A stretch of 64,000 bases of DNA from an uncultured Gammaproteobacteria bacterium (GTDB lineage: Bacteria; Patescibacteriota; Patescibacteriia; Magasanikbacterales; GWA2-37-8): the NCBI GenBank assembly GCA_964478235.1, contig CAYZGX010000001.1:42984-106983 (forward strand). The letters are read 5' to 3'. Of this stretch, positions 9,818-17,555 are shown in pieces (position 1 is the first letter of the stretch; every line of letters starts with the position of its first letter). A program made the position numbers and the translations under genes. The notes beneath the pieces were generated by a model, which worked only from the letters and a program-made list of their open reading frames with translations, had not been told where the DNA came from and searched no databases.

Positions 9818-10738
9818 ATGGACATACAAACATTACTCTGGGCAGTCTTTGGGGCTTTGATTGTCGGCTTCTTGGTGGTTGACCTAGGATTTTTTAACAA
9901 GACAAGTCATCGAGTGGAATTTAAATCAGCCCTCTATCAATCACTCTTCTGGGTGGCGATGGCTCTTGGCTTTGGTGCGCTCATTTATTTTTTCCAAGAC
10001 AAAGAATTGGCTGCGCAATTTTTGAGTGCCTACGTCACCGAAAAAATGCTCTCTGTCGACAATTTGTTTGTCATCATGCTTATTTTTAGCTTCTTTAATT
10101 TAGAGGAAAAATATCATCATCGCGTTTTGTTCTGGGGTATCCTCGGCGCCATTGTTTTCCGTGGGGTGTTTATTACCGCCGGATCGCTCATCATCCAACA
10201 ATTCCACTGGGTGCTCTATGTTTTTGGCGCTATCCTGCTCTACACCGGTATTAAACTACTCAACGACAAAAAAGAAGAACATGTCGATTTTAATAACAAC
10301 AAAGTTATTAAGCTCGCTCGCAAATACCTCCCTTTCACTCCGAACCACCACGGTGGCAAATTCTTTCTCCGCGAAAATGGTAAATTCTATTTTACCTCTC
10401 TGTTCCTCACCATCCTCTTAGTTGAAGCGACTGACATTATTTTCGCCGTTGATTCTATCCCGGCAGTCTTTGCTATTTCGCAAAACTTATTCATTGTTTT
10501 CACCTCCAACATCTTCGCTATCATGGGGCTTCGCGCTTTGTTCTTCCTCATTGAAAATGTTTTACACCGCTTTCACCATCTCCAAAAAGGTTTGGCTTTT
10601 ATCCTGGTATTTATTGGGCTCAAAATGCTGGCTGGCATCTTCCATTTTCACCTCTCCTCCATGGTTTCGTTTGGTATTATCATGGGTGCCCTAATCTCTT
10701 CCATCGTTCTTTCAATGATTTTTCCGAAAAAAATCTAA
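9818..10738 (+). CDS. TerC/Alx-family integral membrane protein (putative Mn efflux)
   Basis: Multi-TM protein whose start MDIQTLLWAVFGALIVGFLVVDLGFFNK is typical of TerC family proteins. Confidence 0.8.
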   Translation: MDIQTLLWAVFGALIVGFLVVDLGFFNKTSHRVEFKSALYQSLFWVAMALGFGALIYFFQDKELAAQFLSAYVTEKMLSVDNLFVIMLIFSFFNLEEKYHHRVLFWGILGAIVFRGVFITAGSLIIQQFHWVLYVFGAILLYTGIKLLNDKKEEHVDFNNNKVIKLARKYLPFTPNHHGGKFFLRENGKFYFTSLFLTILLVEATDIIFAVDSIPAVFAISQNLFIVFTSNIFAIMGLRALFFLIENVLHRFHHLQKGLAFILVFIGLKMLAGIFHFHLSSMVSFGIIMGALISSIVLSMIFPKKI

Positions 10739-10800
10739 GCGTTCCCCTTGATTTTTTGCAGAATCTATGCTAGGATAGCCCCATTATTTACTCCCATTCT

Positions 10801-11637
10801 ATGGCCATAATCGACGGTAAAGCCCTTGCCCAAACAATTGAAAAGACTGTCGCTGAACGAGTTTCGCGCCTCAAACAACAAGGAATCACTCCTGAGCTCC
10901 ATGTTATTTTGGTTGGTGAAAACAAAGCTTCACAAAGCTATGTCAACAACAAGGCCAAAGCTGCCCTTCGCGTGGGAATGCATTTTGCGCTCCACGAATT
11001 GCCAGAGACAACCACTGAACAAGAACTTCTTGAAACAATCGCCACCCTCCAACAAAACCCTCGTCTCTCTGGCCTCATTATTCAGATCCCTCTTCCAGAA
11101 CATTTGTATACTGAAAAAGTTTTAAACGCTATTAGACCAGAAAACGACATCGACTGTCTCACCAACACCAATCTTGGTCGTTTGGTTATGAATAATCCCC
11201 TCTTCGTTCCACCAACTCCAGCTGCCGCCATGGCGATTATTGAGCACCTCGGCATGTCTGTCAAAGGAAAAAATATCACGGTCATTGGCACTGGCGCTTT
11301 AGTTGGCAAGCCGCTCGCCATTATGCTCATCAACGCTGGCGCAAGTGTTACGACTATTAACAGCCGCTCCACTAGTGTAGTTGAAAAATGCCTCTCCGCC
11401 GATATTATCATCACCGGCGTTGGCAAGAAAAATATCCTCAAAGCTGAAATGGTCAAACCAGGCGCAGTTGTCATCGACACCGGCTTTGTCTACGAGAACG
11501 GCATTGTCTCTGGTGACACTGATTTCGCTGAAGTCTCAAAAATTGCCGGCCACATCACCCCAACTCCTGGCGGCGTCGGCCCGGTCACTATCGCGCAACT
11601 TCTCACTAACACCGTTCTGGCTCAAGAAAACAAATAA
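10801..11637 (+). CDS. folD: Bifunctional methylenetetrahydrofolate dehydrogenase/cyclohydrolase
   Basis: MAIIDGKALA...LVGENKASQSYVNNK, TGVGK and PGGVGP motifs. Confidence 0.95.
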   Translation: MAIIDGKALAQTIEKTVAERVSRLKQQGITPELHVILVGENKASQSYVNNKAKAALRVGMHFALHELPETTTEQELLETIATLQQNPRLSGLIIQIPLPEHLYTEKVLNAIRPENDIDCLTNTNLGRLVMNNPLFVPPTPAAAMAIIEHLGMSVKGKNITVIGTGALVGKPLAIMLINAGASVTTINSRSTSVVEKCLSADIIITGVGKKNILKAEMVKPGAVVIDTGFVYENGIVSGDTDFAEVSKIAGHITPTPGGVGPVTIAQLLTNTVLAQENK

Positions 11638-11647
11638 CACCCCCTCA

Positions 11648-11680
11648 CAACAACATCTTCCCAGATGTTGTTTTTTTATC
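11648..11680 (+). terminator. Rho-independent terminator after folD
   Basis: ACAACATCT-tccc-AGATGTTGT plus a T-run. Confidence 0.75.
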
Positions 11681-11732
11681 CCTAATCATTGACTTTTGCC
11701 CAGTTTATGCGTATACTATCGGCTCATATCCT

Positions 11733-12725
11733 ATGAAAAACTTCTGGCAAAAACTCAAACGACCTATCTTTGTTCTCGCGCCAATGGCTAATGTCACTGA
11801 CGCGGCTTTTCGTCGTCTCATTGCCAAATACGGCAAACCAGATATTACCTGGACAGAATTCGTCTCCTGCGATGGGCTCCAATCCCCTGGTCGTCCTAAT
11901 ATCATGATTGACCTTAAATACAGCGAAGCCGAACGACCAATCCTCATGCAAGTCTTTGGGTCTAAACCAGAAAACTTCTATAAGACCGCCCTTTTAGCTC
12001 AAGAGCTTGGTTTTGATGGCATTGATATCAACATGGGCTGCCCTGACCGCAATGTAGAAAAACAAGGAGCCGGCGCTTGTCTTATTAAAAACCCAAAACT
12101 CGCTCAAGAAATTATCCTCGCTACCAAACGCGGAGCTGGCGATCTTCCTGTATCTGTTAAAACTCGTATTGGTTACAACAAAAACGAACTTGCCACTTGG
12201 CTCCCGGCTATTCTTGAAACCGAACCAGCTGCTATTACGATTCATTGTCGTACCCGCAAAGAAATGTCGCTAGTCCCAGCTCGCTGGGAACATGTCGCTG
12301 AAGCAGTCGCTCTCCGTGATAAATATAGCTCGCGAGAAAAAACTCTTATTCTCGGCAATGGCGATATTAAAAATATTGAAGAGGGTTACGCTAAAGTAAA
12401 AGAAACTGGAGCTGACGGTGTTATGATTGGTCGTGGTATTTTTGGCAACCCATGGTGCTTTACCAATGTTGATGCTGTACGCGAAGGCCAACCAGATGCT
12501 GCGCCGGTAAGTATTGAAGAAAAACTCCGTGTCATGATTGAGCACACCTATCTTTTCGAAGAATTAATGGTCGCTCACAAGAGTTTTGAAATTATGAAAA
12601 AACACTATAAAGCCTATGTTCATGGTTTTAATGGTGCCAAAGAATTACGCCTCGAACTTATGGAGCAGGCCAAAACTGCCGCTGATGTTGAGCGCATTAC
12701 CAAAAAACACTTTCCCAACCTGTAA
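11733..12725 (+). CDS. dus: tRNA-dihydrouridine synthase
   Basis: FVLAPMANVTDAAFRRL, GIDINMGCP (catalytic Cys), TIHCRTR. Confidence 0.9.
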   Translation: MKNFWQKLKRPIFVLAPMANVTDAAFRRLIAKYGKPDITWTEFVSCDGLQSPGRPNIMIDLKYSEAERPILMQVFGSKPENFYKTALLAQELGFDGIDINMGCPDRNVEKQGAGACLIKNPKLAQEIILATKRGAGDLPVSVKTRIGYNKNELATWLPAILETEPAAITIHCRTRKEMSLVPARWEHVAEAVALRDKYSSREKTLILGNGDIKNIEEGYAKVKETGADGVMIGRGIFGNPWCFTNVDAVREGQPDAAPVSIEEKLRVMIEHTYLFEELMVAHKSFEIMKKHYKAYVHGFNGAKELRLELMEQAKTAADVERITKKHFPNL

Positions 12726-12728
12726 ATA

Positions 12729-12760
12729 AAAAAACTGTACTCTCAAGTACAGTTTTTTTA
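12729..12760. terminator. Bidirectional terminator between dus and the convergent ORF
   Basis: AAAAAACTGTACTctcaAGTACAGTTTTTTT. Confidence 0.8.
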
Positions 12761-12766
12761 TTAGTG

Positions 12767-14167
12767 TTACGCAAACGGCAAATCATCAGGCGCTTCTTCA
12801 TGAGCTGGGGCAGACGGCAAAGGCTCACCCTTTTTACGAAGCGGAATCTCGCTTGTCTCGGTCGGAAGCCCTGCTGGTGGCTCAGATTTCTTGTGCCCAG
12901 CCTTTTGAAGCATCGGGGTCTTCACGAATGGCAATGGGAAGTGCCAAATTGTCGCTAATTCTTCGATATTAAGCACGTACCCGTCACACCCTGCCCATTT
13001 CATCTTACGCCCTTGAAAAGCGCTCATAAAGCTATTTTTGAGGACATTACTCTTCTTATGCTTTGAGTCGTAATGAGCGTGCGTTCCCATGTGTGGAACG
13101 ATAGAGTTGCTGCTCAAAATAGAGAACTGGCCCATCGCCCCAACAAACCCTTCAACACAGCGGTTTGGGCTAAAAACATTCTTCTTGGCAGAATACAACA
13201 GGCGCATTTTAGACTTAAAACCAATCTTAGATAGTTTATCTTCAATAAACTCAATCGTTGTTTTCATACCCGGCGTAAGCGCTTCTGCACTCCCGTGATC
13301 TGCCCCGTGATCGCCGTGCGCCCCTTCAAAGTTCCAGGTAATAATATTACGCAATTCTTGAAGAATAAAATCTGGCACAGCGAGCAGCGCTGCAGCAATA
13401 CCGCCACCATGATGACCGTGGCCACCACCACTCATTAAATCTTTGGCGAGCGCAATCCCCTTTTCTTTCCAACTGTTATCTATTGGTTCAATAATAAGTT
13501 GCATCCAAACATTTTCACCTTTGGCAATGCGAGAGAAGTTTTCCAAAATAGCCGCCATCGGATCGCTAAACACGGCGTCTTTACTCAAATTATATTGAAA
13601 CTCGTCATAGGTGCGGATTGGATATGCATCAGCCGAAGCGAGCTTAAATTCCATACCAAGCAAATCATACTCAGCGTCAGGATATTTGGCAGGAATATTT
13701 GTCACATAGTCTTCCACCTCAGTAATTTGCGCTTCGGTATACTGAGCGTAAATCGCTGCTTCCACCAAATCTTGATATTCTTTTTCAGTCCGAATTAAAA
13801 ACTGAATATATCCCTCAATACTAATAATTTCAAAGCTGAAAGTTTTTTGCTTGTGACCGGTCCAAAATTTAGCTTGAACATCAGCATGACCAAGCGTACC
13901 AGAAATTTGGGCAAAGATCTGCTCCACCGCTTTTGGCGACTGAATAAACATTGGCGGGATATCGACAGCTAGAAGCACCCACTCCCAATGAGCAATACCT
14001 TTTTTAGTACGGTATTCCACCCACATGGCCGCTCCTTTGGTGAACATAAACGAAGCCAACGGCAACCACAAACCAAGCGCAAAAACAACTTTCGCCTGCT
14101 CTAGCAAGGAAAGCCCAAGAAAGGTTGTCCAAAATGACAGATCTATAGTAAGCGTGTCGAAAAACAT
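12767..14167 (-). CDS. Membrane protein paralogous to the N-terminal domain of the T4CP-like ATPase; no ATPase domain; Gly/His-rich segments
   Basis: Blocks shared with 4590..7151: ...SFEII..IQFLI...AQYTEAQITEVEDY vs ISFEIV..ISFYV...AQYPHAEITTETDY, and IEELATIWHFPLP vs TEELASFWHLPLP. The protein ends where the paralog's ATPase begins. Contains GGGHGHHGGG and AHGDHGADHG stretches. Confidence 0.7.
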   Translation of the reverse strand: MFFDTLTIDLSFWTTFLGLSLLEQAKVVFALGLWLPLASFMFTKGAAMWVEYRTKKGIAHWEWVLLAVDIPPMFIQSPKAVEQIFAQISGTLGHADVQAKFWTGHKQKTFSFEIISIEGYIQFLIRTEKEYQDLVEAAIYAQYTEAQITEVEDYVTNIPAKYPDAEYDLLGMEFKLASADAYPIRTYDEFQYNLSKDAVFSDPMAAILENFSRIAKGENVWMQLIIEPIDNSWKEKGIALAKDLMSGGGHGHHGGGIAAALLAVPDFILQELRNIITWNFEGAHGDHGADHGSAEALTPGMKTTIEFIEDKLSKIGFKSKMRLLYSAKKNVFSPNRCVEGFVGAMGQFSILSSNSIVPHMGTHAHYDSKHKKSNVLKNSFMSAFQGRKMKWAGCDGYVLNIEELATIWHFPLPFVKTPMLQKAGHKKSEPPAGLPTETSEIPLRKKGEPLPSAPAHEEAPDDLPFA

Positions 14168-14179
14168 ACCAGTCTAAGA

Positions 14180-14365
14180 CTAATGATGTCCGCCGCCGTG
14201 TCCGCCAGCATCAATAGTTTTGTAAACAAAACCGTAGACAACGAACAGAGCAAAAACTGTCCACCACCAACCGTGGGGTCCGGAAAAATAGCCGGCGGCA
14301 TAGGCCAAACCAGCAATACCAGTGGCCAGTAGCGCCACCAAATGTCGAACAATTGTATCGTTCAT
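14180..14365 (-). CDS. Small two-TM membrane protein with C-terminal GGHGGGHH tail
   Basis: 62 aa from the Met of MNDTIV (cat 14363-14365), with a TATACT -10 box about 20 nt upstream. Two hydrophobic helices. It lies directly upstream of 12767..14167 on the same strand. Confidence 0.5.
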   Translation of the reverse strand: MNDTIVRHLVALLATGIAGLAYAAGYFSGPHGWWWTVFALFVVYGFVYKTIDAGGHGGGHH

Positions 14366-14454
14366 AGGCAAAAATAAGTATGGATAGTATACCACAAGGC
14401 TAGACAAAAAGAAAAACCCCGCCAAGGGCGGGGTTTGAGCGGACGAGCTCGGCT

Positions 14455-15381
14455 TTAGGCCTGAGCACGACGCTCCTGCCAACGCTCCACATATACGAGA
14501 AGCGGACTAGCAATGAAGATAGAAGAATACGTACCACTAGCCATACCCACCAACAAAGCGAGGGCAAAAGCTTTGATAGACTCACCACCAAGGAAGTAGA
14601 GGGCAAACAATGGGAGTAAGACAGTGACCGTAGTGTTAATAGAGCGCATCAACGTTTCATTAAGCGCTAAATCAACAATCGCTGAGAATGTATCAGCAGT
14701 TTTATGCAACACATTTTCACGAATACGGTCATACACCACAATCGTATCAGTCACCGAGAAACCAAGCACTGTCAACAATGCCAAAACAAAGTCAGTCTCA
14801 ATCTCGAGACCGGTAAAATGACCGAGAACAGCAAAAACACCGACCACAATCAGGATATCATGTGCCAAAGCCACAATAGCCAAAGCACCATATTTCCAAC
14901 TAGCAATTGGGCGAGATACTTTGCGGAAAGCGTAGGCGATGTATAAGATGATCGCTAGATTAACAGCAATAATAGCACTCACAGCGCGCTGACGGAGCGT
15001 TTCACTCACTGACGAACCGATAGTTTCCAGGCGTTTTTCAACAAGAGTATTTCCACCAGTAGCGTAGGCATCAGAGAAGGCTTTAAGCACCTTTTGATGC
15101 TGTTCTTCAGTCAAAAAAGTGGTACGGATAATAATATCCGATTCTCCACTACGCTGAACAACTGAATCGCCAGTGACAACTGTTTTAAGTGTTTCTTGCA
15201 CTTGTTCCACCGACGGGCGATTGCTGAAAGACATTTCAATCAAGCTGCCACCAGTGAAGTCAATACCGTATTTAAGGCCCCACTTAGCAATAGCAAGGAT
15301 AGCCACAACGGTCAGTGTACCACTGACTATCAACCAGAACTTTGAATATTTAATGAATGGAATTTTCATATAAAGGGGCAT
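14455..15381 (-). CDS. secF: Protein translocase subunit SecF
   Basis: Typical SecF topology and motifs (DFTGG, VYDRIREN). Confidence 0.9.
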   Translation of the reverse strand: MPLYMKIPFIKYSKFWLIVSGTLTVVAILAIAKWGLKYGIDFTGGSLIEMSFSNRPSVEQVQETLKTVVTGDSVVQRSGESDIIIRTTFLTEEQHQKVLKAFSDAYATGGNTLVEKRLETIGSSVSETLRQRAVSAIIAVNLAIILYIAYAFRKVSRPIASWKYGALAIVALAHDILIVVGVFAVLGHFTGLEIETDFVLALLTVLGFSVTDTIVVYDRIRENVLHKTADTFSAIVDLALNETLMRSINTTVTVLLPLFALYFLGGESIKAFALALLVGMASGTYSSIFIASPLLVYVERWQERRAQA

Positions 15382-17426
15382 TAGGAGCGTTTCGTATAAC
15401 CAAGGAACAACGCGTTAGCTTTGTCATCAAAACGACCAAAGATAAGGCGCATAATCGTGCGGGTCACGGTAATAGCCGAGAACAAACTCATGAGCACACC
15501 TGTCGCGAGCACCACAGCAAAACCTTGGATAAAGCCACCACCAAACCACATGAGCACGATACTACTGATCAAAGTGGTAACGTGACCGTCGCGGATAGAT
15601 GGCCAAGCACGAATAAACGACTCTTCCATCGCACTCTTCAAACTGCGACCATTTTGCAATTCTTCTTTCAAACGCTCAAACACGAGAACGTTCGCATCCA
15701 CCGCCATACCAATAGACAGGATAAACCCGGCAATACCAGCAAGCGTCAAAGTAACACCAAGCACCTTAAACAGCGCCAAAGTAACAAGCGCGTACACAGC
15801 CAGCGAGAAAACAGATAATAAGCCTGGCAAGCGGTAGTAGATAACCATGAATAACATAACCAAGAGAAGACCGGCAACACCAGCTTTAAAGCTTTTTGCC
15901 AAAGAATCCTCACCGAGAGTCGCATCAACTTTTTGCTGACTCAAAAGCTCGACTGGCACAGGAAGTGCACCAGAATTGAGGCGTTGCGACAAAATACGAG
16001 CTTCGTTCAAGGTAAAGTTACCGTTGATAACAGCGCTACCACTGGTAATCGGCTCATTAACCCGAGGAATACTGATTGCTTCGTTATCAAGGAAAATAGC
16101 GACTTCTTTGCCAGAATTACGAGTAGTAATGTCGGCAAACAGTTTTGTACCTTCGTCATCAAACTGAAGGCTCACCTGTACCTGGCCAGTCATACTATCC
16201 TGAGTCACCTCAGCGCGTTTCAATTGCTTACCAGACAAGCCAGTCGTCTTCCAAGGCTCTTGCGGAGGCAAGATATCGGTTTTGTCTTGTGTCTTCAAGA
16301 AAACACGAGCCAAATGATATTGTTTTGGGGTTTCCTGAGCTTTCTTATAGATCAAATGGTACCCGAACTCAGTTTCCACCGGACCAATGATGGTGCCAGC
16401 TTTAGCATCCCAGATAGCATCGGTGAACGCTTTCACCATTGTATCCTTGGTAAAGGTGCCCAAATCGCCAGCTCGGTCAGCTGCACCAGGTTCGGTAGAG
16501 TTTTGCTTCACCAATGTAGCGAAGTTGTAAATAGTTGCTTGTTTTTTGAGGTCATTAATTTTTGCCAACGCCTGTTCTTTGGAATAGATAGGGCTGTCAC
16601 AACGAGAAGCACCAGTATAGCAGATAAGTAAATGGGAGGCGGTGACTTGTTTTTCACCATCGCGCTCAGCTACTTTCTTCAAAATATTATAACCAGAGGC
16701 AGTCTTTACCAAATCGCGACCAACTTCACCAACTCGGCGAGTTTTAGCCCAAGTAAAGAATTCTGGATAAGAGGCTTGAGAAATAAAACCCATATCACCA
16801 CCGGTACTAGTGGTGGTGTCGTCACTATATTTCACGACAACATCTTCAAACTTTCCACCACGACGAAGAGCGGTGAGAGCTTCGTTAGCTTCTTTCAAGA
16901 CACCAGCATTAAAAGTGTCCATTTGTTTCTTTTCAACCGCAGTCAAATCACGAGCTGGCTCATTGTTAGCTTCTTTAAATTCCAAAATTGGTGTCTGACC
17001 AATCATGGTAATAGCCTGGTTCACATCAGTCACACCTGGCAATTCCACAATAATGCGGTAATCGCTACCAACACGGGTAGTTTGTACAATCGGCTCAGCT
17101 ACGCCAAGACCACCGCGAACACGGCGTTCAATAACATCACGAACACCTTCCACCGAGCTAGCTCGGTCAGCATCAGGAATACTGTCGGTTTTTGCTTGGT
17201 AAATCAAATGCGCCCCGCCTTGAAGATCAAGACCGAGGTTAAAACCACTCTCTGAGAGAGTTGGGATACCAATATTAGTCGACTGATTAATCGCGTTAAT
17301 ACCACGATTGATCTGTTTTGGGGCAATAACCACCAAACAAATAATGGACAACGCTACAATCGCAATAAACTTATTGCGCACCTGTTCACGACTTTCCCCC
17401 CTCGTTACCGGTGTTTTTTGAGCCAT
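15381..17426 (-). CDS. secD: Protein translocase subunit SecD with inserted PpiC/parvulin-type PPIase domain
   Basis: SecD TM bundle with the C-terminal GMAVDANVLVFER motif. The periplasmic region contains ASHLLI...GDLGTFTKDTMVKAF...FGYHLIYKK, the parvulin signature (compare E. coli PpiC). Confidence 0.85.
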   Translation of the reverse strand: MAQKTPVTRGESREQVRNKFIAIVALSIICLVVIAPKQINRGINAINQSTNIGIPTLSESGFNLGLDLQGGAHLIYQAKTDSIPDADRASSVEGVRDVIERRVRGGLGVAEPIVQTTRVGSDYRIIVELPGVTDVNQAITMIGQTPILEFKEANNEPARDLTAVEKKQMDTFNAGVLKEANEALTALRRGGKFEDVVVKYSDDTTTSTGGDMGFISQASYPEFFTWAKTRRVGEVGRDLVKTASGYNILKKVAERDGEKQVTASHLLICYTGASRCDSPIYSKEQALAKINDLKKQATIYNFATLVKQNSTEPGAADRAGDLGTFTKDTMVKAFTDAIWDAKAGTIIGPVETEFGYHLIYKKAQETPKQYHLARVFLKTQDKTDILPPQEPWKTTGLSGKQLKRAEVTQDSMTGQVQVSLQFDDEGTKLFADITTRNSGKEVAIFLDNEAISIPRVNEPITSGSAVINGNFTLNEARILSQRLNSGALPVPVELLSQQKVDATLGEDSLAKSFKAGVAGLLLVMLFMVIYYRLPGLLSVFSLAVYALVTLALFKVLGVTLTLAGIAGFILSIGMAVDANVLVFERLKEELQNGRSLKSAMEESFIRAWPSIRDGHVTTLISSIVLMWFGGGFIQGFAVVLATGVLMSLFSAITVTRTIMRLIFGRFDDKANALFLGYTKRS

Positions 17427-17555
17427 AAATAAGACAAGATTAAAGTGCGGGGATTTTAGCGCATTTCAACCATCTTGGCAAGTGGACAAGACCAGTAAAA
17501 AAGACTGATGTGTAAGCCAAAAAAATAACCCTCAGAGAGGGTTATTTTGTAGCAC

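Noticed and set aside
15357-17255. ORFs of 153, 232 and 207 aa on the + strand inside secD
   Set aside because: They are antisense to a strongly supported SecD and have no recognisable motifs.
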